The notes under the pieces: model-generated
What the model was told of the DNA's origin: nothing
The model's database searches: none
Seen by the model: only the letters and a program-made list of their open reading frames with translations
Source: Capsulimonadaceae bacterium
Lineage (GTDB): Bacteria; Armatimonadota; Armatimonadia; Armatimonadales; Capsulimonadaceae
Direction: 5' to 3'
NCBI GenBank assembly: GCA_965215505.1
Contig: OZ244065.1
Span: forward strand, 2,048,001-2,112,000
DNA length: 64,000 nucleotides
Part shown: piece by piece, positions 30,396-39,435 of the stretch
Numbering within the stretch: position 1 is the stretch's first letter
How the letters are laid out: each line of letters begins with the position of its first letter
Position numbers and translations under genes: made by a program

Positions 30396-31361
30396 ATGGC
30401 AACGATGCCCCCCGCACTGATCAATCGTGCGCCCGATCTCGCGACTTTCCGTGCGGAGGTCCTGATGGGCCTCCAGTCATTCGAGAAGACCCTGCCCTGC
30501 AAGTATTTTTATGACCAGCGCGGCTCGCAGCTCTTCGACCGGATATGCGACCTGCCCGAGTATTACCCGACCCGCACCGAGGCGGGCATCATGCGGGACC
30601 ATGTGGGGGAGATGGCCGCCCTCTTCGGCCCCGATTGCCTGCTGATCGAGTACGGCAGCGGCAGCAGCACCAAGACGCGCATCCTGCTGGATCACCTGCC
30701 GCACCTCGCGGGCTATGTCCCCATGGACATCTCGCGCGAACACCTGCACCGGACGGCGGTGGGCCTCGCCGACGCTTATCCGCACCTGGACATCCTGCCG
30801 CTCTGCGCCGACTATACCGCCGAATTCGATCTGCCCGCCGCCGGCCGTCCCGTCCGCTCCCGCGCCGTCTACTTCCCCGGCTCCACCATCGGCAACTTCC
30901 ACCGGGACCAGGCCGAGACGTTCCTCAGCCGGATCGCCCAGGTCTGCCGGTCCGGCGGCGGCCTCCTAATCGGGGTGGATCTGAAGAAGCCCGCGCACAT
31001 CCTGGAACCCGCCTACGACGACGCCCAGGGCGTGACGGCCGCCTTTAACCTGAACCTGCTCCGGCGCATCAACGACGAGTTGGGTGCCGATTTCGACCTC
31101 GAACAGTTCTCCCACCGCGCTTTCTATAACGCCCTCGCCGGCCGCATCGAGATGCACCTGATGAGCCGGTGCCCCCAAACCGTTCATCTGGGCGGTACGA
31201 CCATCGCGTTCGAGGAGGAAGAAACCATTCTGACCGAGTGTTCCTACAAGTACAGCCTGCCCGAGTTCGCCGCATTGGCCTCGGCGGCGGGCTTTGCCGT
31301 CCGCAAGATATGGACCGACCCGGAACAGAGATTCAGCGTTCAGTACCTGACTGTCTGCTAG
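30396..31361 (+). CDS. egtD: L-histidine N-alpha-methyltransferase
   Basis: PCKYFYD, PEYYPTRTE, EYGSGSSTKT, GSTIGNF, AYDDAQGVTAAFN, TECSYKY. Confidence 0.95.
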   Translation: MATMPPALINRAPDLATFRAEVLMGLQSFEKTLPCKYFYDQRGSQLFDRICDLPEYYPTRTEAGIMRDHVGEMAALFGPDCLLIEYGSGSSTKTRILLDHLPHLAGYVPMDISREHLHRTAVGLADAYPHLDILPLCADYTAEFDLPAAGRPVRSRAVYFPGSTIGNFHRDQAETFLSRIAQVCRSGGGLLIGVDLKKPAHILEPAYDDAQGVTAAFNLNLLRRINDELGADFDLEQFSHRAFYNALAGRIEMHLMSRCPQTVHLGGTTIAFEEEETILTECSYKYSLPEFAALASAAGFAVRKIWTDPEQRFSVQYLTVC

Positions 31362-31570
31362 TTGCGGGCGTTCGAGTCCTGCTCCAGCAGCACCCACTCA
31401 CGCGGCTCGGCATCCCGCCGGTAGATCGTGAACGTGCGGTCGTCCTGGACGGGCCGGTAGCCCTGCCCGCTCGCCCAGTGTCCCACCTCCTGCCGCGCCT
31501 GCTCTTTGTTCTCAGCACTGCTCGCCGCGAACAGGCGCGCTTTGCTGGCACAAGGCATTTGTAAGACCAT
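31358..31570 (-). CDS. Small hypothetical protein
   Basis: 70 aa, purine-rich GAAAGG RBS; function unknown. Confidence 0.45.
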   Translation of the reverse strand: MVLQMPCASKARLFAASSAENKEQARQEVGHWASGQGYRPVQDDRTFTIYRRDAEPREWVLLEQDSNARN

Positions 31571-31665
31571 CACCTTTCTCTCTTTCTGTAAAGCGCTTCC
31601 CGCCCAAGGGCGGCCACCCGCCAGCGCACGTCATCGGGCGCTCGGGCGGCCGCGGGGGGACCGGG

Positions 31666-31715
31666 ACTACAAGGACCTGGCGGCCTCGGCACTATGAGGA
31701 CCTGGCGGCCTCGGC
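31666..31715. repeat. Tandem 25-bp direct repeat (2 copies)
   Basis: actacaaggacctggcggcctcggc / actatgaggacctggcggcctcggc. Confidence 0.85.
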
Positions 31716-31898
31716 ACAGAGCCGCAGTGAACCCTCCACGCGGGGGAGAATTCACTCTGCGGGGCGGCTCCGGTAGGTCATCTCGCCTACATTCTGTATT
31801 ATGCCGCCCGCGCGTTTTCCGCTCACTGCGCGGTTTGCGGGTTTTGCTGCTGGCCGCCTGCGGCCCAAGATTAAGCCCGGAAATGCCACGATCAGGTG

Positions 31899-32828
31899 TC
31901 AGGGGACCGGGAAGATTTTGACGGCGAGAGTGTCCGTCGGCGAGTTGTCGCCGTAGCCGCCTTTGACGTCGTAGAAAAAGAAGTGGATGGGATTGCTCGT
32001 GCCGGCGAAGAGCATATAATATGTATGATCTTTGCGCCACGCCCCCCACTTGTGGAGGCGCGGGGAACGGCTCTGGTCGGCCTCGTCCACGCCTAGCCCG
32101 TAGTCGGTGTGTGCGTCGCCGATGTCCACCGCGCCCGCGCCGTCGGCCTTGTAGTCCATGTATTCGGCGTCGCCCTGTCCCAGCCCCCCGCCGCCCACAC
32201 GGCCCGAGCCGGAGGCCTGGAGCAGATAGACCGTGGAGGGGCGCGTCGCCATAGACGTCGCCACGGTTCGCTCCAGGACCGGGACCTGGAGGGCTTCCAG
32301 CGGCTGCGAGAGCATGGCCGGGGTCGGGGACAGGCGGAACATAGAAACTGTGATTGCGCCAGGCCCCGCCCGGCCACCGCCGGTGATGAGGCGGAGCGTC
32401 AGCGGCCGGCCCGCACCGCTGACGATCATGTAGTAGGTGTGGTCCGCGCGGTGGCCTCCGAACCAGTGGCTCCGTGGGGGCGCGGCCTCTGACAGAGTAT
32501 CTTGCGCCGGGGCGCCCACATCCACACCCATATCACCGCCGTACTCCGCATCCACGCTGTCGGCACCGGCCCTGATGGTTCCGGTGGCTTTAAGCAGGAA
32601 TAACTCTCCCGCGTCGAGTGGGGTCTTGAAGCTGACTGCGCGTTGGCCCGCAGTCACGCGCACCGACTCCAGTGCCGCTGCACGGGCCTGTGAACGGCCC
32701 TGAGCAGAGGCAGGTGAGGGGATGACAGCGAAGGTGAGGAGGACTGCTGCACCTGCAAGCAGTCCCTCGGGGGTGGATGCGGAGCGCGAGCGGTTTGGGA
32801 ACGATAAAGCCTGGAAGACAGAGTACAT
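31899..32828 (-). CDS. Secreted hypothetical protein with an internal domain duplication
   Basis: Signal ending ASA|Q; DAEY...GVD...W(F)G...DHTYYM occurs twice; AGGAG RBS. Confidence 0.75.
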   Translation of the reverse strand: MYSVFQALSFPNRSRSASTPEGLLAGAAVLLTFAVIPSPASAQGRSQARAAALESVRVTAGQRAVSFKTPLDAGELFLLKATGTIRAGADSVDAEYGGDMGVDVGAPAQDTLSEAAPPRSHWFGGHRADHTYYMIVSGAGRPLTLRLITGGGRAGPGAITVSMFRLSPTPAMLSQPLEALQVPVLERTVATSMATRPSTVYLLQASGSGRVGGGGLGQGDAEYMDYKADGAGAVDIGDAHTDYGLGVDEADQSRSPRLHKWGAWRKDHTYYMLFAGTSNPIHFFFYDVKGGYGDNSPTDTLAVKIFPVP

Positions 32829-32941
32829 TGAGTTCTCCTTTGGGAGAGGCGAGGCTGCGAGTTGATTGTCAGTACGGTCCTAGTTTACCACACAGGGCGG
32901 CGGCAGAACTGAGTACAATGTTTTTGCCGAAGCTACTGCCA

Positions 32942-32970
32942 TTGACAACGCCCAACCCGCCCGGTATACT
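32942..32970 (+). promoter_or_regulatory. sigma70 promoter of the ubiD operon
   Basis: TTGACA-N17-TATACT. Confidence 0.75.
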
Positions 32971-33028
32971 GACACAGACATCGTGAAAAATTGCACGGAG
33001 TCGGACGATTTAGAACGGACCGTTAGAA

Positions 33029-34495
33029 ATGGCCTACTCTTCCCTGGGGGAGTTCATCGAGCGGCTGGACCGGGCGGGTGAGCTGAGACGCATCACCACG
33101 CCGGTCAGCCCCATCCTGGAGATCACCGAGATCGCCGACCGCGTGATGAAGATGCCCGGCGGCGGACCCGCCCTGCTGTTCGAGAACGTGAAGGGGTCCA
33201 AGTTCCCGCTCGCCATCAACCTCATGGGGTCCCGCAAGCGCATGTCTTGGGCCTTGGGCGCGGACGACCTCGAAGACATCGCTGCCGAGATCGCCGCGCT
33301 GACGCGGCTGCCTTCGGACGTTCCCGCCTCGCTGATGGGCAAGCTCCAGCTCCTGCCGCAGCTCGCCTCACTCGGCAAGATCAGCCCTAAGCTGGTTTCC
33401 TCCTCGTTCGCGCCCTGTCAGGAAGTGGTCAAGACCGGCGCGGACGCCAACTTGGACGACCTGCCCATCCTCACCTGCTGGCCCGAAGACGGCGGCCCGT
33501 ACATCACTCTGCCGCTCGTCTTTACCAAGGACGAGGGGACCGGCAAGCGCAACGTCGGCATGTACCGTATTCAGAAGCAGGGGCCGCACGAAACCGGGAT
33601 GCACTGGCAGCGGCACAAAGTCGGCTCCCGGCACTTCGCAAACTTTGAAGCCAAGGGCCGGGACATCCCCGTCGCCATCGTCCTGGGCGGCGACCCGGCC
33701 ATCATCTACTCGGCCACCGCGCCCCTGCCGGACGAGATTGATGAGATGGTGTTTGCCGGCTTCCTCCGCAAGAAGCCGGTCGAGCTGGTCAAGTGCAAGA
33801 CCATTGACATGGAGGTCCCCGCCGACGCTGAGTTCGTCATCGAGGGCGTCGTCCCCGCCGGTGTCCGCAAGCGCGAAGGCCCGTTCGGCGACCACACGGG
33901 CTACTACAGTCTGGCCGACGACTATCCCGTCTTCAAAGTCACCGCCATCACGCACCGGCGCAACGCCGTCTACCCCTGCACCATCGTCGGCCCGCCGCCG
34001 ATGGAGGACAAGTACATCGGGCTTGCCACCGAGCGGCTGTTCCTCCCGCTCGCGCGGCTGTTCGTGCCCGAGATGATTGACTACCACCTGCCCGCCGAGG
34101 GGGCATTCCACAACCTGGCCCTGGTCCGCATCAAGAAGCGCTATCCGGGCCACGCCTTCAAGGTCATGCACGCCCTCTGGGGCTTGGGCCAGATGATGTT
34201 CACCAAGTGCATCGTCGTCGTGGACGAGGACGTGGATGTCCAGAACCCCGGCGAGGTCGTCTGGCGCGCGCTCGCCAACATTGACCCCGAGCGGGACATC
34301 ACCTTCGTCAAAGGCCCGATTGATGTCCTCGACCACGCCTCTCCCTTGCCCGCCTTCGGCTCCAAGATGGGCGTGGATGCCACCCGCAAGTGGCCCGACG
34401 AGGGTTTCCGGCGCGAATGGCCGGACGTGCTAACCATGCCCGCTCCGATTAAGGCGAGGGTGGATGCGCTCTGGAAAGATCTGGGCCTTGGCTGA
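33029..34495 (+). CDS. ubiD: UbiD-family prenyl-FMN decarboxylase (menaquinone biosynthesis type)
   Basis: LEITEIADR, RNVGMYR, EGPFGDHTGYY, GSKMGVDAT. Confidence 0.9.
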   Translation: MAYSSLGEFIERLDRAGELRRITTPVSPILEITEIADRVMKMPGGGPALLFENVKGSKFPLAINLMGSRKRMSWALGADDLEDIAAEIAALTRLPSDVPASLMGKLQLLPQLASLGKISPKLVSSSFAPCQEVVKTGADANLDDLPILTCWPEDGGPYITLPLVFTKDEGTGKRNVGMYRIQKQGPHETGMHWQRHKVGSRHFANFEAKGRDIPVAIVLGGDPAIIYSATAPLPDEIDEMVFAGFLRKKPVELVKCKTIDMEVPADAEFVIEGVVPAGVRKREGPFGDHTGYYSLADDYPVFKVTAITHRRNAVYPCTIVGPPPMEDKYIGLATERLFLPLARLFVPEMIDYHLPAEGAFHNLALVRIKKRYPGHAFKVMHALWGLGQMMFTKCIVVVDEDVDVQNPGEVVWRALANIDPERDITFVKGPIDVLDHASPLPAFGSKMGVDATRKWPDEGFRREWPDVLTMPAPIKARVDALWKDLGLG

Positions 34496-34919
34496 CCCCT
34501 GGCGCGTCTACAAGCCCTGGTTCTGGGCGGCGACGGTTTATAACATCGTCTGGGGCACGCTGGTCGGCCTGGACCCAAGCCTGATGCTGGGGTGGATGGG
34601 GATGACGGCCGCCCAGCAGGCCGGGGCGGGGCCGCTGCCGCTCATCCTGTCGGCCTGCATCGGCATGTTCGTCGGCGTCTACGCCATCGGCTACGCCTGC
34701 GTCGCCCTGGACCCCCGGCGCTTCTGGCCCTTCGCCTTCCTGGGCCTGTGCGGCAAGGTACTCGGCCCGGCGGGATGGGTATTACACCATGTACTCGGGC
34801 ACCTGCCCTGGCGCTCGCTGTGGGTGAACGTCTTCAACGACCTGATTTGGTGGCCCGCGTTCTTCGGGCTGCTGCTGACCGTGTGGCGCGAGTACCGCGC
34901 CGGGAGGATACGACTTTGA
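34488..34919 (+). CDS. Four-TM membrane protein of unknown function
   Basis: YNIVWG, IGMFVGVYAIGY, GKVLGP, NDLIWWP; TTG start overlaps the ubiD end. Confidence 0.75.
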   Translation: MADPWRVYKPWFWAATVYNIVWGTLVGLDPSLMLGWMGMTAAQQAGAGPLPLILSACIGMFVGVYAIGYACVALDPRRFWPFAFLGLCGKVLGPAGWVLHHVLGHLPWRSLWVNVFNDLIWWPAFFGLLLTVWREYRAGRIRL

Positions 34920-35005
34920 CACCCTACTTCCTGAAATCGTTCGCGCTGGGCATCGTCCTGACCGCCCTACTCGCCTATGTGCTAATCAAGCTCGGCTGGG
35001 AGTGA
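34916..35005 (+). CDS. 29-aa single-TM small protein
   Basis: TTG start overlaps the upstream TGA (TTGA); GGAGG RBS at ~34903; sequence MTPYFLKSFALGIVLTALLAYVLIKLGWE. Confidence 0.6.
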   Translation: MTPYFLKSFALGIVLTALLAYVLIKLGWE

Positions 35006-35113
35006 CCAGGGCGGGAACATCTCGGCGCGCTCCACGGTCGGACATGCAGGCTTGACGCGGGAACGCCCCGTGTGCCATGATAGCCTTAGCAGTCTCTCGG
35101 AACAGGAACGCCT

Positions 35114-35509
35114 TTGATCCCCCCCGCCAAATCCCAGGCCGATTTTCCCGGCCGCATCCTCGCCCTGCTGGTCTTCTTGGTCGGCGTCGGCATGCTCGTC
35201 TTCGTCTTCGTCACCGCCCTGCACCTCTTCCAGTCGCCCGTGCCGGGCCTGGAGCCGCTGCAAAAGGCGGGGGCAGCGCCCCCACCCGCCGCCAACATCG
35301 GCACGGCCCTGGCGGACTTTGCCCGCCGCCTCCTGCTCCTGATGGTGATGACATTGGCCGGCTCCATCCTGGCAAGTAAAGGCGCACATCTTTACTTCGG
35401 CACGGTCCATCCCGCTTCGGCACCGGAAGCCGCGCCGGCCGTTCGGGGCGGGCAGAGCATTCAGACGCCTCCGATTGAATCGGCCCCGGCGGAGAAGCTG
35501 CCTTCCTAG
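35114..35509 (+). CDS. Two-TM membrane protein
   Basis: Two hydrophobic helices; AGGA RBS before TTG. Confidence 0.7.
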   Translation: MIPPAKSQADFPGRILALLVFLVGVGMLVFVFVTALHLFQSPVPGLEPLQKAGAAPPPAANIGTALADFARRLLLLMVMTLAGSILASKGAHLYFGTVHPASAPEAAPAVRGGQSIQTPPIESAPAEKLPS

Positions 35510-36180
35510 AAGTCGGCGACGAGGGGAAGATGGTCCGAAGCCTGGCTGTTGATGGGAGTGATAGCGCGGAGCATCAGCTCCGGCGAGTAGAGGACGTAAT
35601 CAATCCGGGCGGCGGGCGTGTCGGCGGGATAAGTCAGGCGGTTCAAGTCGGCGTCAGCGTCGGCGAGGTCGGCCCGCGCCCGCAGGGCCGAGATGCCCGC
35701 CGCTTTGGGTCCCTCATTGAAGTCGCCGCAGACGAGGACCGGACCGACTGCATCGGCCACTAGTTTCGCCAGATGCGCCCCCTGTCGCTCCCGCTCGGCC
35801 CCGTTCAGCCCCCAGTGCGTACAGAAGACGGTCAAAAGCCCCATCGGCGTCGTCAGGTTCACTTCCAGTGCCCCACGCTGCTCCCGGGCGCTCGGGAGCA
35901 GATGGTTCTGCACCAAGTTGACTGGGTAGCGCGAGACGAGGGCGAGGCCATAAGCGCCGACACCCAGCCGCAGGTTGGCCTGGAAGACGACCGGCAGCCC
36001 CAGGGCCTTTTGCAGCCGCCCCGGCTGGTCCACGAACCGGCTCTGCGGCAAGCGCTGATGCACTTCCTGCAAGCACAAGATGTCTGGGTCCTGTTCCAGA
36101 ACGACCTCGGCGATCCTTTCCGTGGACCACTGCCCGTCCATACCCCACCCGCCCCGGATGTTATAGGTCATCACGCGCAT
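35506..36180 (-). CDS. Endonuclease/exonuclease/phosphatase family protein
   Basis: MTYNI, LQEV, GDFN, RIDY, SDHLP. Confidence 0.93.
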   Translation of the reverse strand: MRVMTYNIRGGWGMDGQWSTERIAEVVLEQDPDILCLQEVHQRLPQSRFVDQPGRLQKALGLPVVFQANLRLGVGAYGLALVSRYPVNLVQNHLLPSAREQRGALEVNLTTPMGLLTVFCTHWGLNGAERERQGAHLAKLVADAVGPVLVCGDFNEGPKAAGISALRARADLADADADLNRLTYPADTPAARIDYVLYSPELMLRAITPINSQASDHLPLVADF

Positions 36181-36182
36181 CG

Positions 36183-37622
36183 CTAGACCTTCCTCGGCTC
36201 ACCGCCTAGACGGAGCGCCGGGCCGGCAGGCATCAGCCCGCGCACCCAGGCCCGCACCACGCCGGGCCGCTTCGCCCGCATGATTTCCCACGCCAGCAGT
36301 AAATAGAACGGCACATACTCGGCGATGGGCGTCCACCAGTAGGGCATGAAAGAGATGTAGAAGGTGTAGAGCAGCACGGACAGGCCGGACAGCAGGACGA
36401 ACGAGTACAGAGGCCGCCGCCCCAGCAGCGGCACGAAGGCTAGGGTCCAAAGCAGATACCAGGGGAACAGCGTTGGGATCACAAGCAGGGTCACGGCCAG
36501 CACGGCGAACGACCGCCGCAGCAGGTCGGCATACGAGGCCACAGGCCGCCACACGGACCAGGCCACGACCCCCAGGATGGCGGCATCGGACAGTTTCTCC
36601 GTGACGGCATAGTGCGAACGGCGCGTGACGTGGGCGAGGCCCATATTCACCCAGTTGAACAGGCCCGCGTTGACGTGGACCGTCTCCAGATACTGGTGCA
36701 TCCCGTGGAGGAACTGCGGCAGGTATACCCACAGCGGCATCCCCAGGTAGACCAGGCCGAAGACCGCCCAGAAGGCAAAACGCCGACCGTGGACGCGGGC
36801 AAACAGCGGCAGCAGCAGCAGCGCAAAGCCCTTCGTCAGCGCGGCGGCGACCAGGGCCAGCGCGGCCCAGCCGGCCAGCTTCTCCGACCGCATGACCAGG
36901 GTGAACGCGAGCAGCAGGAAGAAGACGCCGACGATGTCCTGGTGCCCGGCCATCGCCACTTCGGTGATCGGCAGCGGGCACCAGGCGTACCAGATCACCT
37001 GGGTCAAGGGCCGCCCCTGCCGCTTCAGGAGTTGGAGCAGCAGGGCGATGACGCCGAAGTCGAACAGCGTGTAAAGAACCTTGTAGCCGATGGCATTACT
37101 ACCGAACAAGGTGTTGGCAGCGGCGAAAATTCCCTGCGAAACCGGCATGTAGATGGACTGGTAGCTCTTATACTCCATCGCGTTCCAGCCCGCATCCCGC
37201 AGGAAACGCAGCGGCTGAGCATTAGGTGCCCAGTGGTAGGGGTTGATGCCGTGGTTGATCAGCCGCCCGTCCCAGATGTAGAGCAGGATGTCGGTGGAAA
37301 GCTGGGCCGGGGCGAAGACGACCGCCAGGCGGAACAGGAACGCACCGCCGAGGATGACAGGGAGGGCATAGCGGGAGAGAGAGCGCGGGACGGAAGGCAG
37401 GAGGCAGCCCGCGCCGAAGACGTACAGCCCGAAGCAGAGGCCGTAGGCACCGAGATAGACCCAGACCGGGTTGAGGGGATAAAGCAGGCGACCCAGGAAG
37501 AAGTAGAGGCTCGCCAGGTCGGCGGCCACCAGGACCAGCCAGAACAGCGGCAGCGCGGCCCGGCGGCGCGGAGTGGCCTTCTTTGGGGCGTGTGCGGCCT
37601 TCTGAGGAATGGCGTCAATCAT
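36183..37622 (-). CDS. GT-C membrane glycosyltransferase (GT87/DUF2029-like)
   Basis: STDILLYIWDG...GINPY, IYMPVSQ, YAWCPL...E...GHQD, PWY; multiple TM helices. Confidence 0.8.
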   Translation of the reverse strand: MIDAIPQKAAHAPKKATPRRRAALPLFWLVLVAADLASLYFFLGRLLYPLNPVWVYLGAYGLCFGLYVFGAGCLLPSVPRSLSRYALPVILGGAFLFRLAVVFAPAQLSTDILLYIWDGRLINHGINPYHWAPNAQPLRFLRDAGWNAMEYKSYQSIYMPVSQGIFAAANTLFGSNAIGYKVLYTLFDFGVIALLLQLLKRQGRPLTQVIWYAWCPLPITEVAMAGHQDIVGVFFLLLAFTLVMRSEKLAGWAALALVAAALTKGFALLLLPLFARVHGRRFAFWAVFGLVYLGMPLWVYLPQFLHGMHQYLETVHVNAGLFNWVNMGLAHVTRRSHYAVTEKLSDAAILGVVAWSVWRPVASYADLLRRSFAVLAVTLLVIPTLFPWYLLWTLAFVPLLGRRPLYSFVLLSGLSVLLYTFYISFMPYWWTPIAEYVPFYLLLAWEIMRAKRPGVVRAWVRGLMPAGPALRLGGEPRKV

Positions 37623-37638
37623 TTCTGGTTGCAGGGTG

Positions 37639-38139
37639 TCAGCGTGTGCGGGCCGGGCGCTTCAGGTAGGGCGCAATGGCTGCCGCCAAACTCTGCGCCG
37701 TCTGCTCGCCGGTCAGCGTCTTCACCCGGCGGCCCTGCCGGTCGTAGATGAATGTCCGGGGCAGGTCGCCCTGCCAGGTCGGGTCGAGCGCGTTAATGAA
37801 GTCTTCCGGGTCCGCGCTCTTTTCCAGGTAGGCCGGGAACGCCGCCCCCTGCTTTGCCAGGAACGGCTCCACTTTCGTGTGCAGGTCCTTGGCCGAGTCG
37901 GCGGAGACGGCGATGACGGACAAACCCTGCGCCTTATACAGCCGGCTGGCCTTGACGATGGCCGGGAACTCGGCGACACATGGCCCGCACCAGGTCGCCC
38001 AGAAATTGACCAAGACGACGTGGCCCTTTTGGGCGGCGATGGCAGCTTTGAGCGCGGGCGCGTCGGCGGGCGTGACGGCGGCATGGGCCGCCGTCACGGT
38101 CAGCAGGAGGCCGAGGATGGTAGGAACGCTGGTCCTCAT
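37639..38139 (-). CDS. TlpA-family thiol-disulfide oxidoreductase
   Basis: Signal peptide, VNFWATWCGPCVAEFP, LPRTFIYD. Confidence 0.92.
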   Translation of the reverse strand: MRTSVPTILGLLLTVTAAHAAVTPADAPALKAAIAAQKGHVVLVNFWATWCGPCVAEFPAIVKASRLYKAQGLSVIAVSADSAKDLHTKVEPFLAKQGAAFPAYLEKSADPEDFINALDPTWQGDLPRTFIYDRQGRRVKTLTGEQTAQSLAAAIAPYLKRPARTR

Positions 38140-38140
38140 C

Positions 38141-39322
38141 TTAGCCCCGCTTAATCGAGCAGCCGAACGCCTTGGTCTGCGATTTGGCGATGGGCTGACC
38201 GGCCAGAGTCGCGTCCAGCGCATCGGCCAGCTCATGCGTTTTGGCGTTTGAGATGTCCACGTCGTTGTCAATGCGGCCGTGGTAGACCAGGACGCCCTTG
38301 GCATTAATCACATAAGTTTCCGGCGTCACATGGGCGCTGTAGGCGTCCGAAACCTTGTTGCCGGGGTCCACCAGGACGGGGAACGGGAAGCTCTGCTGCT
38401 TGGTGAACGAGGCGACTTCCGCCTTCGGCTCGTTCTGGTCCGAATCAATGCCGACGAACGACACGCCCTGCGCGCCGTACCTTTTTGCCAGCGTCGTCAT
38501 GCGCTCGTTGTAGGCATTGGAGATGGGGCAGCGCGTGGAGATGAACATGACTACGGTGGCCTTCTTGCCCTGCGCCAGCGCAGGCAGCGACTTGGCCTGT
38601 CCGGTCACGGCGTCGGACAGGGAGAAGGCGGGCGCGGCGTAGCCGACCGTCGCAGTCGCCGTCTTCTTGAGGCCCACAGTCATGAAACTCGGCTCCACAA
38701 TGGGAATGCCAGGGACTTCAACACCCACCTCGTTCGTGTCGCTGAACGAAACATGGCTCGTCTTGGCGACCGCCGGGTGCGCCTTGATCCAGTTGACCCA
38801 GTCCGCGCCGCAGGTGTTCAGGTGGCCGTTGACGTTCTTGTCCACGAAGGCGACCTTGCCGTCCGCGCCGATGATGTAGGTCACGCGGTTTGCGAAGCCC
38901 GCGCCGGGGATCAGGTCGCCGTAGGCGGTCGTCATCGTCTTCCCCGTGTCGGCCAGCAGGGTGTACGGGATGCCCGCCGAGGTGCAGAACGACTTGTGCG
39001 ACTTGGCATCCTGGACGCTGACGCCGTAAACGGTCACGCCCTCTGCCTTCAGGGCCGGATAGGCCGCCGAGAGGGAGTGCGCCTCGATGGTGCAGCCGCC
39101 CGTAAAGTCGGCGGGGTAGAAGGCCACCAAGACGACCTTGCCCTTGTCGGCGGCCAGCGTGTGCGTCTTGCCGTCCTGATCGGGGAGCGAGTAGGCCGGG
39201 GCCGCCGCGCCGACGGTCGGTGCGCTGGCGTCCATCGCGTGCTGTGCCTGCCCGAAGGCGATGGCGGCCACGGCGACGGAGGCCGAGGCGGCGAGGAAAA
39301 TGGTCTGCTTGATTCGTGTCAT
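38141..39322 (-). CDS. Exported fusion of a BCP-type peroxiredoxin and a second AhpC/TSA-like thioredoxin-fold domain
   Basis: Signal peptide; domain 1 FYPADFTGGCTIE (PxxxTxxC); domain 2 TRCPIS...YHGRID...GCSIKR. Confidence 0.85.
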   Translation of the reverse strand: MTRIKQTIFLAASASVAVAAIAFGQAQHAMDASAPTVGAAAPAYSLPDQDGKTHTLAADKGKVVLVAFYPADFTGGCTIEAHSLSAAYPALKAEGVTVYGVSVQDAKSHKSFCTSAGIPYTLLADTGKTMTTAYGDLIPGAGFANRVTYIIGADGKVAFVDKNVNGHLNTCGADWVNWIKAHPAVAKTSHVSFSDTNEVGVEVPGIPIVEPSFMTVGLKKTATATVGYAAPAFSLSDAVTGQAKSLPALAQGKKATVVMFISTRCPISNAYNERMTTLAKRYGAQGVSFVGIDSDQNEPKAEVASFTKQQSFPFPVLVDPGNKVSDAYSAHVTPETYVINAKGVLVYHGRIDNDVDISNAKTHELADALDATLAGQPIAKSQTKAFGCSIKRG

Positions 39323-39435
39323 CGGTGTCTGCTTTCTAGAAACTCGTCCCGGCATCAGCCAAGAGAAGGTAGCCCTACGACTCAGATAGGTTCTTATACC
39401 CCGTGCGCCGTTAAACCGTTCCCGCGCGCCGTGTC

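Noticed and set aside
29128-31361. egtB-egtD pair as a novel pathway
   Set aside because: A well-known minimal ergothioneine cassette.
31666-31715. Direct repeat as a mini-CRISPR
   Set aside because: Only two adjacent copies with no spacer.
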